DNA from: Thermodesulfobacteriota bacterium
Lineage (GTDB): Bacteria; Desulfobacterota_D; UBA1144; Nemesobacterales; JAJCZQ01
Direction: 5' to 3'
DNA: 64,000 nt
Assembly: GCA_965203965.1 (NCBI GenBank)
Contig: CBDBDR010000017.1
Span: 224,001-288,000 of the forward strand
Both the position numbers and the translations under genes were made by a program. Under the pieces are notes generated by a model that saw only the letters and a list, made by a program, of their open reading frames with translations, did no database searches and was not told where the DNA came from. This document shows, one piece after another, positions 50,022 to 60,117 of this stretch (position 1 is its first letter; each line of letters opens with the position of its first letter).

Positions 50022-50915
50022 ATGAAAATATTGATCTCAGGTTCCAGTGGATTGATAGGAAGAAGTTTAGTTGGTTCTCTTATGAACGAAGGTCATAAGG
50101 TGATCAAGCTGGTAAGATCTGCTTCAAGGTCTGCTAAAGATGCAGTGTTTATAGATTATGAGAACAAAAGCTATGAGTTATCTGAGTTTGAGGGTTTTGA
50201 TGCAGTAATACATTTAGCTGGTGAGGGCATTGTTGGCAGATGGACAAAAAGAAAGAAAAAGGAGATCGTAAAAAGTAGAATAGATACTACAAGACTGCTT
50301 GTGGACATATTTAAAAAGGTTTCACAGCCGCCCAACCATTTCTTGTGTGCGTCGGCAATAGGAATATATGGACATACTAAATCCGTTATAGCTGATGAAG
50401 ATTCCAATCTGGGATCAGGGTTTCTTCCGAAACTTGCCAGGGATTGGGAAGAAGAGGCAGGTCGTGCAAGGGATTTTGGTGCTAGGGTCGTTAATTTAAG
50501 GATAGGTCTGGTGTTGGATAAAAAAGATGGTGCATTATCAAAGATGCTTACTCCTTTCAGGTTTGGATTGGGGGGCTGCATAGGCGACGGCAGTCAAAGT
50601 TGGAGTTGGATATCCATTGACGATATAGTTTCCTCCATCAGTTTCATTCTGGACAATGATCGTATTGAGGGTCCCATAAACCTTGTGTCTCCAAATCCGT
50701 GTACCAATAAACATTTCACAAAAGTATTGGCAAACATTCTTAACAGACCTGCTTTTTTTCATATACCTGCCAGTGTAATAAGGTTGGTATTTGGCGAAAT
50801 GGGTGAAGAGGTTTTGCTGGCTGGTGCAGAAGTAAGACCGGCAAAATTACTGGAAAATAATTACAAGTTTATAGATACAGATATTAAGGCAACTCTGATA
50901 AAATTAATAAATTGA
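50022..50915 (+). CDS. TIGR01777/YfcH-like NAD-dependent epimerase family protein
   Basis: GSSGLIG Rossmann motif, IHLAGE, SAIGIYG, WISIDD, EMGEEVLL. Confidence 0.9.
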   Translation: MKILISGSSGLIGRSLVGSLMNEGHKVIKLVRSASRSAKDAVFIDYENKSYELSEFEGFDAVIHLAGEGIVGRWTKRKKKEIVKSRIDTTRLLVDIFKKVSQPPNHFLCASAIGIYGHTKSVIADEDSNLGSGFLPKLARDWEEEAGRARDFGARVVNLRIGLVLDKKDGALSKMLTPFRFGLGGCIGDGSQSWSWISIDDIVSSISFILDNDRIEGPINLVSPNPCTNKHFTKVLANILNRPAFFHIPASVIRLVFGEMGEEVLLAGAEVRPAKLLENNYKFIDTDIKATLIKLIN

Positions 50916-50918
50916 ATC

Positions 50919-51548
50919 ATGTCATTGAAGAACAAGCAGTATGAGCTTACGGAACTCAAAAGGGAAGACTTGGATCCAGACCCTTTTAAGCAATTTGATT
51001 TATGGTACAGCGAGTCTATACGGTCTGAAATAAAATATCCGAATGCTTTTGTGCTTTCTACTTCAACAATCAGCGGAACACCATCTTCCAGAGTTCTTTT
51101 GTATAAGGGTAGGAATGAAAGGGGATTTAGATTTTATACAAACGTGGGAAGTAAAAAGGGGCAGGATTTGAAAAATAATAAAAAAGCGTCAATGTGCTTC
51201 TGGTGGGATGAGATTGAAAAACAGGTCAGGATTGAAGGTGCTGTGGATAATTTAAGTGATGAGGAAAGTGATGATTATTTCCAGACCCGTCCGCGAGGAA
51301 GTCAGTTGGGTGCTTGGGCTTCGGATCAAAGCAACGTCATAGGTAGCAGGGAAGAGCTTGACAGGCTTTATAAGCATTATGAAAACGAGTTTGCAGGCAT
51401 TGATGTTCCAAGACCTGATCATTGGCGAGGTTACATTGTAATTCCAGAAGAATTTGAGTTCTGGCAGGGTAGAAAAGACAGGCTGCATGACAGGTTCAGG
51501 TATAGGCTAGAAAACCATGAATGGATCATTGAGAGGATAGCACCGTAG
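50919..51548 (+). CDS. pdxH: Pyridoxamine 5'-phosphate oxidase
   Basis: FYTN..SKK, QVRIEG, RPRGSQLGAWAS.QS, EFWQGR..RLHDR. Confidence 0.96.
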   Translation: MSLKNKQYELTELKREDLDPDPFKQFDLWYSESIRSEIKYPNAFVLSTSTISGTPSSRVLLYKGRNERGFRFYTNVGSKKGQDLKNNKKASMCFWWDEIEKQVRIEGAVDNLSDEESDDYFQTRPRGSQLGAWASDQSNVIGSREELDRLYKHYENEFAGIDVPRPDHWRGYIVIPEEFEFWQGRKDRLHDRFRYRLENHEWIIERIAP

Positions 51549-51619
51549 CTTAAAATTTTCATTTTCCGTATTAAAAGTTCTTAATTTGACTTGTCTCTAT
51601 TTTTAGAATACAACCCTCA

Positions 51620-51745
51620 TTGCTGATCAACTTTTTAGAGAACCCGCATTGTCGGGTCTCTGTGTAATAAAAGACCCTCGCGGGAAATAGACAGACCTTC
51701 TCTCTATTTAGTTGATTAGCAAGACCCGGCGCTCTGCGTTTCGGG
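51620..51745 (+). ncRNA. Candidate structured RNA / cis-regulatory leader (unassigned)
   Basis: Four nested stems plus a downstream hairpin just before the AGGAGG of the OMP gene. Confidence 0.45.
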
Positions 51746-51773
51746 AATACAACTAATAGGAGGATAAGATAAA

Positions 51774-52367
51774 ATGAGAAGATCATTTCTATCTTTTTTC
51801 TTTGCCATATTTTTGGCAATAATTACTTTGGCAAATGCTGAAGGTGAAATTGTTTCAGAAGGTGGATTTTATATCTCCCCATTGGGTGGTGGAAGGTTTA
51901 TTCACCCTGATAATCCAGATTTGGATATTGATATTGGTTATTTGGTTGGCATCGGATTTGGTTACGATATGCAAGGGTTGCGTCCGGAATTTGAAGTTTC
52001 ATATTCCAACAACGGCGTGGACAGTGTTGAAGGCTTTGGCAATTTTGAAGACTATGACGTGAGTTTTTGGAGTTTTCTTGGAAAAGTGTATTATGACTTT
52101 GACCTTGGGAACAACTCCTTTACTCCATTCATAGGGGTTGCTTCAGGTTTCACTAGATCAAAAGAGAATATTAGTATAGATATAGATGGAGATAGAGTGT
52201 CAGTGAGTATTACTGACAATCTCTTTACATACGGTGGAATGGCAGGTTTTCGCGTGCCCCTGAGTGATACTGTCGACATAGGTGCGGAATACAATTTCCT
52301 TGTATATGATGTTGATGACCCTGATTTTTCAAGTGGAGCCGTATTGAGATTATATTTCAAATTATAG
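51774..52367 (+). CDS. Eight-stranded outer-membrane beta-barrel protein (OmpA/opacity-like)
   Basis: Signal peptide ending ANA; GFGYD..LRPEFE, YYDFD...TPFIG, C-terminal LRLYFKL. Confidence 0.85.
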   Translation: MRRSFLSFFFAIFLAIITLANAEGEIVSEGGFYISPLGGGRFIHPDNPDLDIDIGYLVGIGFGYDMQGLRPEFEVSYSNNGVDSVEGFGNFEDYDVSFWSFLGKVYYDFDLGNNSFTPFIGVASGFTRSKENISIDIDGDRVSVSITDNLFTYGGMAGFRVPLSDTVDIGAEYNFLVYDVDDPDFSSGAVLRLYFKL

Positions 52368-52398
52368 AGCTATAAGATTTCTCATTCTTTCTTCATCC

Positions 52399-52428
52399 TA
52401 GACCTCTCAACGAAAGTTGAGGGGTCTA
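52399..52428. terminator. Hairpin terminator between convergent OMP and EF-G paralog genes
   Basis: TAGACCTCTCAAC-GAAA-GTTGAGGGGTCTA, 13-bp stem with GAAA loop. Confidence 0.75.
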
Positions 52429-52432
52429 TATT

Positions 52433-54517
52433 TTAATTCTCTGTTTGGTTTCGTGCAGTCTTAAACTGTTCAACTATCTCAGCAGACACTTGTGCCGGCA
52501 CTTCTTCGTAGTGGGAAAATTCCATTGTGAAATTACCTCTACCGCTTGTAATAGACCTTAACTCAGGTGCGTAAGTCATAACTTCCGACATCGGAACCAA
52601 AGCATCAATACGATGACCAACCAAAGAGGAGTCCAATCCGGACACTTTGCCTCTTCTGGCGTTTACATCGCCAATTACATCTCCCATGTTGTCCTCGGGG
52701 ACATATATGCTCATTTTCATAATTGGTTCCAGTAATATCGGATTGGCATTTTCCATTGCTTTTTTAAACCCCATTGAACCTGCTATCTGAAAAGCAATGT
52801 CAGAAGAGTCTACAGGATGGTGCTTGCCGTCAAATAAGGAAACTTTAATGTTTGTTACGGGGAAGCCTGCAAGAATACCTTGTTTCATTGCATCTTGCAC
52901 CCCTTTTTCAACTGAGGGGATAAAGTTTTTGGGTATTACTCCACCAACTATTTCATCTACAAATTCGTAGCTCTCTCCGTCTTTAAGAGGTTCTACTCGC
53001 AGTTTGGCAACACCGTATTGCCCTCTACCTCCGGTTTGCTTGACGTATTTGCCTTCTGCTTCAAATTTCCTTTTAATGGTTTCTCTATAAGGTACCTTGG
53101 GAGTTTTTAGATCAACGTTCACTCCGTACGAATTTCGGAGCTTTTCAACCGTTACTTCAACGTGCGTCTGTCCCGTGCCTGAAATAAGAAACTCGTTTGT
53201 TTCCAGCTCCTTATGAAATTTTATGGTAGGGTCTTCTTCCATTATTTTTGCGAGAGAGACCGTTAGTTTATCCTCATCATTCCTTGTTTGAGGTTCTATG
53301 GCAAAAGAAAGAACGGCTTGCGGCAAGTCAACTGGAGGGATTATGCACGGATGGTCAACGTCACTTAAAGTTGTGCCTGTATGTACGTCCTTAAGTTTGC
53401 TTAATCCAATTATATCACCTGCTTTTGCTTCGTTTATTTTGTGCTCGTTCTTTCCAACTAATTGTGAGATGTGAGATATTTTGATTTTGGAATTTGTAGA
53501 AGAGTTATACAGCGTTGAGTCAGCTTTGATGGTACCCGATACGACTTTTCCGATGCTTATTTTACCTGCAAAAGGATCGGAGATTGTTTTAAATATGTAA
53601 ACGGAAGAAGGACTTGTAGCATCTGGCGACCTTGTAATATTATTTCCATCGGAGTTCACACAATTTGTGTCTTCTCTTTCAGTTGGCGAAGGCAGTAGAT
53701 ATTTAATGTCTTGTAAAAGAGAGTATAAGCCTAGAAGTTTTTTTGAAGAACCCGTTAGAACGGGATAGATTGTTGATTCTTTTACACCTTTCTTATACAT
53801 ACTAATTATTGTGTCATGGTCAATTTCCTCGCCTTCCAGATATTTAACTAAGACTTTATCATCCTGTTCAGCTATGGTTTCAAGAACTTTATCATAGTAG
53901 CTGTTTGCTGTTTCAACCATATTTTCTGGAATTTTAAGAACGTCAAATTTATTTCCGCCTTTATACACAAAGGCTTTCATTTCAAAAAGATTTATAACCC
54001 CTCTGAAATCGTCTCCCAATCCCAAAGGTATTGTAATTGGCACTGTTTTGATATTGAGGCTTTTCTCGACATATTCCAAAGATTTCTCAAAGTTGGCATG
54101 CTCTTTATCCATGTTGTTCATAAATAAAATTCTCGGTATATCATTTTTAACTGCCATGCTCCAGAATCTATCAAGTTGTTCACCTGAATCTTCAACTCCA
54201 TTAACCAGAAAAATAGCTGCATCAGCCACTTTTATTGCACTATCTGCCTCAAATAGAAAATTTGAAAATCCGGGGGTGTCAATAATGTTTATCAGACATC
54301 CTTCATGTTCAAAATGGGCAACGTGGGAGGTTAGGGACATCTTCCTCTGTTTTTCTTCTTTTGCATGATCAAGAATTGAGCTATTGCTGTCCACTTTTCC
54401 CAGCACTTCCGTGGCACCACTAATGAAAAGCAATCCTTCTGATAGAGTGGTCTTTCCAACTCCGTGAGGACCTATTATAGCAATGTTGCGTATTTGCTCT
54501 GCGGCGATTTCTGACAT
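52433..54517 (-). CDS. fusA2: Elongation factor G paralog (EF-G2 type)
   Basis: IRNIAIIG..GVGKTT, DTPG, KQTGGRGQYG, DSSDIAF, LLEPIM; divergent G motifs; not in the str operon. Confidence 0.88.
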   Translation of the reverse strand: MSEIAAEQIRNIAIIGPHGVGKTTLSEGLLFISGATEVLGKVDSNSSILDHAKEEKQRKMSLTSHVAHFEHEGCLINIIDTPGFSNFLFEADSAIKVADAAIFLVNGVEDSGEQLDRFWSMAVKNDIPRILFMNNMDKEHANFEKSLEYVEKSLNIKTVPITIPLGLGDDFRGVINLFEMKAFVYKGGNKFDVLKIPENMVETANSYYDKVLETIAEQDDKVLVKYLEGEEIDHDTIISMYKKGVKESTIYPVLTGSSKKLLGLYSLLQDIKYLLPSPTEREDTNCVNSDGNNITRSPDATSPSSVYIFKTISDPFAGKISIGKVVSGTIKADSTLYNSSTNSKIKISHISQLVGKNEHKINEAKAGDIIGLSKLKDVHTGTTLSDVDHPCIIPPVDLPQAVLSFAIEPQTRNDEDKLTVSLAKIMEEDPTIKFHKELETNEFLISGTGQTHVEVTVEKLRNSYGVNVDLKTPKVPYRETIKRKFEAEGKYVKQTGGRGQYGVAKLRVEPLKDGESYEFVDEIVGGVIPKNFIPSVEKGVQDAMKQGILAGFPVTNIKVSLFDGKHHPVDSSDIAFQIAGSMGFKKAMENANPILLEPIMKMSIYVPEDNMGDVIGDVNARRGKVSGLDSSLVGHRIDALVPMSEVMTYAPELRSITSGRGNFTMEFSHYEEVPAQVSAEIVEQFKTARNQTEN

Positions 54518-54594
54518 TTGTAACCCTGTTCTAAAGAGACCTTGCTCTTATTATAGAATTTGGAGGTGTCTGTTGTAAAGCTATTTTTTAAAAT

Positions 54595-54630
54595 TTTGGT
54601 TAAAGCTAAGTTGTAATAGCTTTAACCAAA
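54595..54630. repeat. Perfect 14-bp inverted repeat with 8-bp spacer
   Basis: TTTGGTTAAAGCTA-AGTTGTAA-TAGCTTTAACCAAA. Confidence 0.8.
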
Positions 54631-54690
54631 GTCTAAAGAACAGTACTATTTAAATCTGGAGCAGTGCGATATAAATCTGGCGATCAAAGA

Positions 54691-55575
54691 TTATTTCCCA
54701 AGTACCGTATCCAGATTTATGAGGGGTACTCCTTCGGCTCCAGAAAATCTTGGCAATACTCCATCCCATTTCTCAGCTATTCTGAGTTGGATAAGTTCGG
54801 GGTTGTTTTTAAGTGCTTTTGCCTCTCTGCTGATTGCATCTGCCCGTGCTTTTGAGCCAACTTCAATCTCATAAGCCTCTGCGTCTGCGGCGAGTTTTCT
54901 TTCTGCAGCTCCAGCCTCAGCCTGAGTTACTCTTCTGGTTTTTTCATTTTTTGCTTGTAGGGCTTCCTGTTCTGCTCTTACTTTCAACTCAATTGCCTTG
55001 TTGAATTCATCAGAAAAATCAAAATCAGTAATGGCAACATTTGCAATTCTCAGGGAGTTAGTAACTCCTTTTTCTTCGAGGGTTATGTTAATAAAGTTGT
55101 TAATAGCTTCCTGGATTTGCAGTTTTACCTCTGCCCTTTTGGTTACAAGTTGTTCTGCTGTATATTGTGCAGTAATAGCTTTAACGGATTCCTGAATTGC
55201 AGGTTCAATAAGCGTTGCTGATACTATATCACGGGTGCCTATTTTCTGGAATGTTAAAGGAGCAATTTCACCCACTAATGAGTATTGAACAGTAACCTGA
55301 GTGCTGACAGTTTGCAGGTCTTTTGATGCAGCTCGGGCTTTTGCATTTGCTTTTGTGAGCCTTACATCTATTTGTTCAACTTTATCAATAAATGGTTTTC
55401 TAAAATGAAATCCTTCCGGCAATGGTTCAAGTTGCACGGCTCCAAGTGTTCTGATTACACCCACGTGACCGCTTTCAACGATGACAAATGCGCTTGAGAT
55501 CATAAAAAACAGTACAATAATGATCATTGGGTATTTAAAGCTAAAACTTGAAAAAAGATTGTTTACCTTGCTCAT
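54691..55575 (-). CDS. SPFH/prohibitin family membrane protein
   Basis: GHVGV..LG, EGFHF..PFI, ASKDLQ, FSDEFNKAIE.K, IAEKWDG.LP. Confidence 0.92.
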   Translation of the reverse strand: MSKVNNLFSSFSFKYPMIIIVLFFMISSAFVIVESGHVGVIRTLGAVQLEPLPEGFHFRKPFIDKVEQIDVRLTKANAKARAASKDLQTVSTQVTVQYSLVGEIAPLTFQKIGTRDIVSATLIEPAIQESVKAITAQYTAEQLVTKRAEVKLQIQEAINNFINITLEEKGVTNSLRIANVAITDFDFSDEFNKAIELKVRAEQEALQAKNEKTRRVTQAEAGAAERKLAADAEAYEIEVGSKARADAISREAKALKNNPELIQLRIAEKWDGVLPRFSGAEGVPLINLDTVLGK

Positions 55576-55698
55576 AACTACCTCCAATTTGCTGAATATT
55601 TAGTAAAACTCAACTGACACTGACAGTAAGAACTTAAAACCATCCAACTTTTGCTGTGTTATATTTTTATGTAAATTATTAGTTTTATTTTTTCAAAG

Positions 55699-57708
55699 TC
55701 AATTTACAGCTATTACTTTCAAGCTAAGTCTTTTCCTCAAAGGATTAACTTTTTCAACGCTCAATGTAACTTCATCGTATTCTTTCAGATTTTTTATTGA
55801 ATTATTTACGACAGGCATTTCTCTAAAAAAATCAGGTAGGTAAACAGATAGGTTTGTCTCATTTGCATAGCTGACAATTCCCTTAATACTTTGCCCAATA
55901 TTGTTTTCTAAATACTTGTATAGCCAGTATCTCTGCCTGTTTTTCTGGAGAGGTCTTCTTTCTCTGAAACTTTCTGTTACGGTCGTTATTATTTCAGAAA
56001 GTTCCTTGTCATCGTAAGTCCACTCATTACCTTCCAATATGCCTATGATTTGTCGCTGGACAACCAGATCAAAATATCTTCTTATGGGTGAAGTAACTTG
56101 CACGTATGAGTCAAGTCCGAGTGACCTATGGGGTCCGGGATTGGTGCTAGTAATAGATGGTCTCAAATATTTGACGACTTTTATGGAATACAGAGGGTCA
56201 TTTTCAGATAGCTGTTTTCCCTCCTGTGGTATCTCTTTATGCTGAACCCTGAATATTGAAGGCACTTTATGCTCTTTTATGAATTTGGCTGCCAGTTTGT
56301 TGGTAAGGATCATAAGCTCGGTGATAATAACATGGGGTAGGGAGTTCATGTAGTTTTTATAAGTGTTTACATTGCCTTTTTTGTCAATTATGAGCTTGAG
56401 TTCAGGTAGATGTAGAATAAAGGCTCCCTTAATGAGTCTTTTTTTCCTGAGAGAGATTGCTATGTTGGCGAGTTCTCTACCTTCTTTTTCTTTAAGAAGC
56501 TCATTTGCCACCTCCATGTATGAAAGATTTTTTGAGATTGAAATTACTGATTGTATAAACCTGTATTTTTTTATTTCATAAGTTTGCTTATCAAATTCCA
56601 GTATAAGAGAAAGTGCCAGTTTTGGCTCTTCTGCAAAAAGGCTGAATTTTTTTCTTATCAGATCCTGTGGGAATATATCAATGTGTTTATCGGGTATATA
56701 GACTGTTTCGCCTTTGGTGCATGCCTCAATATCCAGACTTGAGCCTTTTTTTATGTAATGGGCAACATTGCAAATGTGAATACCAAGCTCAATTATCTCT
56801 TTTTTTATCTCAATGGATATTGCGTCGTCAATATCTTCGGTATTTTCATCATCAATTGTAAATATTTCTTTGGACGTTAGATCAACGAGATCGTCTTTTT
56901 CCAAAGATGTAGACATTATATTCTCGGCTTCATCTAAAGATATTTTTGAGAACTTACCAATTTCTTCCAGTTTTTTCAGATCAGGATTTGCATCGGCATC
57001 CCATTCACCTAACTTGATCATAAGCTCGGTCGCGTCTTCAATTGTGCTTATTCCAAGTTGATGAACAAACGATCTCGCTTCCCTGTTTTTCTTATTACCA
57101 CGGTGTTTTGTAAGAACGTAATGACTTATGAGTTCGTTAAAGTAAGTTTTGTCAAACTCTGGTTTTTTTATGGATTCAATATCATTATCTTTGATAAAAT
57201 TTTTAAAATATTTCACCACCGCTGATGTTTCTTCCTTTTTTCTTTTCTCTTTTTCAATCTCCCACAACTTGTTGTTTACTTCCGACTCTGCAGAAGGAAA
57301 GTATGAGTCCTCAATCTTTTTGAAATAGATCTTGTCTTTATTCACAGCCCAGTAAATTTTCAGTTTTTCATTGTCGTCAACAATCCCATTGCCATAATAA
57401 ATCTCAATGAGATCATTAAATGATATTTTTTCCACCGATCCGACGACGCGTTTCCATAAAACTTCCAGATCAACTTCATTGCTGATTTCATTAAGTTTAT
57501 TCCTGTAACCTCTAAGTGTGGATTTTCTATCGGAATTTATAATTATTGAGGTTTTCAGTTTAATTTGGTCGAGGTTTATACTGATTTCTCTTCCATCTTC
57601 CGATAGCACAACCATATTGTCGTCATTGGCTGAGCATACTAAACCAAGCACCGGTTTGTTTTTTTTGGCAAATACAACTAATTCGTTGGATAAGTAAGTA
57701 ACGTTCAT
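55699..57708 (-). CDS. RNB-domain exoribonuclease (RNase II-like)
   Basis: TIDDENTEDIDDA, ELMILTN, TSPIRRYFD. Confidence 0.88.
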   Translation of the reverse strand: MNVTYLSNELVVFAKKNKPVLGLVCSANDDNMVVLSEDGREISINLDQIKLKTSIIINSDRKSTLRGYRNKLNEISNEVDLEVLWKRVVGSVEKISFNDLIEIYYGNGIVDDNEKLKIYWAVNKDKIYFKKIEDSYFPSAESEVNNKLWEIEKEKRKKEETSAVVKYFKNFIKDNDIESIKKPEFDKTYFNELISHYVLTKHRGNKKNREARSFVHQLGISTIEDATELMIKLGEWDADANPDLKKLEEIGKFSKISLDEAENIMSTSLEKDDLVDLTSKEIFTIDDENTEDIDDAISIEIKKEIIELGIHICNVAHYIKKGSSLDIEACTKGETVYIPDKHIDIFPQDLIRKKFSLFAEEPKLALSLILEFDKQTYEIKKYRFIQSVISISKNLSYMEVANELLKEKEGRELANIAISLRKKRLIKGAFILHLPELKLIIDKKGNVNTYKNYMNSLPHVIITELMILTNKLAAKFIKEHKVPSIFRVQHKEIPQEGKQLSENDPLYSIKVVKYLRPSITSTNPGPHRSLGLDSYVQVTSPIRRYFDLVVQRQIIGILEGNEWTYDDKELSEIITTVTESFRERRPLQKNRQRYWLYKYLENNIGQSIKGIVSYANETNLSVYLPDFFREMPVVNNSIKNLKEYDEVTLSVEKVNPLRKRLSLKVIAVN

Positions 57709-57711
57709 TAG

Positions 57712-59337
<1,626 letters not shown>

Positions 59338-59357
59338 TCAGGATTTTTGAATTATAT

Positions 59358-59969
59358 TTAATACTGAGTTTCTTTCAATATTGGCTGTGAATTCAGATAA
59401 TTTGCCAGCTTTTTAGCGGCTATTGATCTGTGACTTATTTTATTTTTATCCGCAGGATCAAGTTCTGCCATGGTTTTTTGCATTTCTGGCAGGTAAAAAA
59501 TTGGATCGTAACCAAAGCCATTATTTCCTCTTTTCTCATCTATGATGACCCCTTCACAACTTCCTTCAAACAATTTGGTTGTGCCGCTGGGATTTACAAA
59601 CGCAATCACGCATACAAATTTAGCTTGCCTGTTTTTTATTGCCTTGATATTCTTCAGCAACTTGTTCACATTTTCATCATCTGTGCTGTTATTACCGGCG
59701 TATCTTGCTGAATAAATACCCGGTTCTCCGTTCAGAGCTTTGACGACCAATCCCGAGTCATCGGCGATGGTTATTTTGTTAAAAAAAGCTGAAATTATCT
59801 CAGCTTTTTTTAGTGCATTTTCTTCAAACGTACTCCCGTTTTCAATTATTTTGGGTGCTTGGTCAAAATCCAACAGAGATTTAAAGCTGAAGTAATTGCC
59901 AAGTAACTCTGAAAATTCAGCGAGCTTTCCCCTGTTTTTAGTTGCTATTATTATTTCTTTTGACTCCAT
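59358..59969 (-). CDS. rdgB: Non-canonical purine NTP pyrophosphatase (RdgB/HAM1)
   Basis: ATKNRGK, ADDSGL, PGIYSARYAG, GFGYDPIF, SHR. Confidence 0.95.
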   Translation of the reverse strand: MESKEIIIATKNRGKLAEFSELLGNYFSFKSLLDFDQAPKIIENGSTFEENALKKAEIISAFFNKITIADDSGLVVKALNGEPGIYSARYAGNNSTDDENVNKLLKNIKAIKNRQAKFVCVIAFVNPSGTTKLFEGSCEGVIIDEKRGNNGFGYDPIFYLPEMQKTMAELDPADKNKISHRSIAAKKLANYLNSQPILKETQY

Positions 59970-60117
59970 GATCCGTGTTTACAACTCACAAGGTATCAAA
60001 ATTGTTTCAGATAACTGTATGGTTCAATCAATATCTTTATCTTTAATTATATTATCTGCATTTTGATGTTTTTTATGTATGCTAATGCCATTCGTAGAAA
60101 ATAAGGAGGATGGCTTG

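Larger units (their letters stand above)
46041..50070. repeat. Tandem segmental duplication (copy 1 46041-48073, copy 2 48074-50070)
   Basis: Each copy has the LLM gene tail, a repeat-lipoprotein gene, its upstream region and the first 49 nt of the TIGR01777 gene; junction AGAAGTTTAG|TATGAATTAC. Confidence 0.92.

Noticed and set aside
51571..51819. 82-aa minus-strand ORF, or a 6S RNA / known riboswitch assignment for the structured region
   Set aside because: The ORF overlaps the OMP start and has no recognisable features; I could not match conserved 6S, cobalamin, TPP or SAM motifs by eye.
59970..60117. Cobalamin riboswitch upstream of the TonB-dependent receptor
   Set aside because: The region is short, AT-rich and lacks a B12 box.
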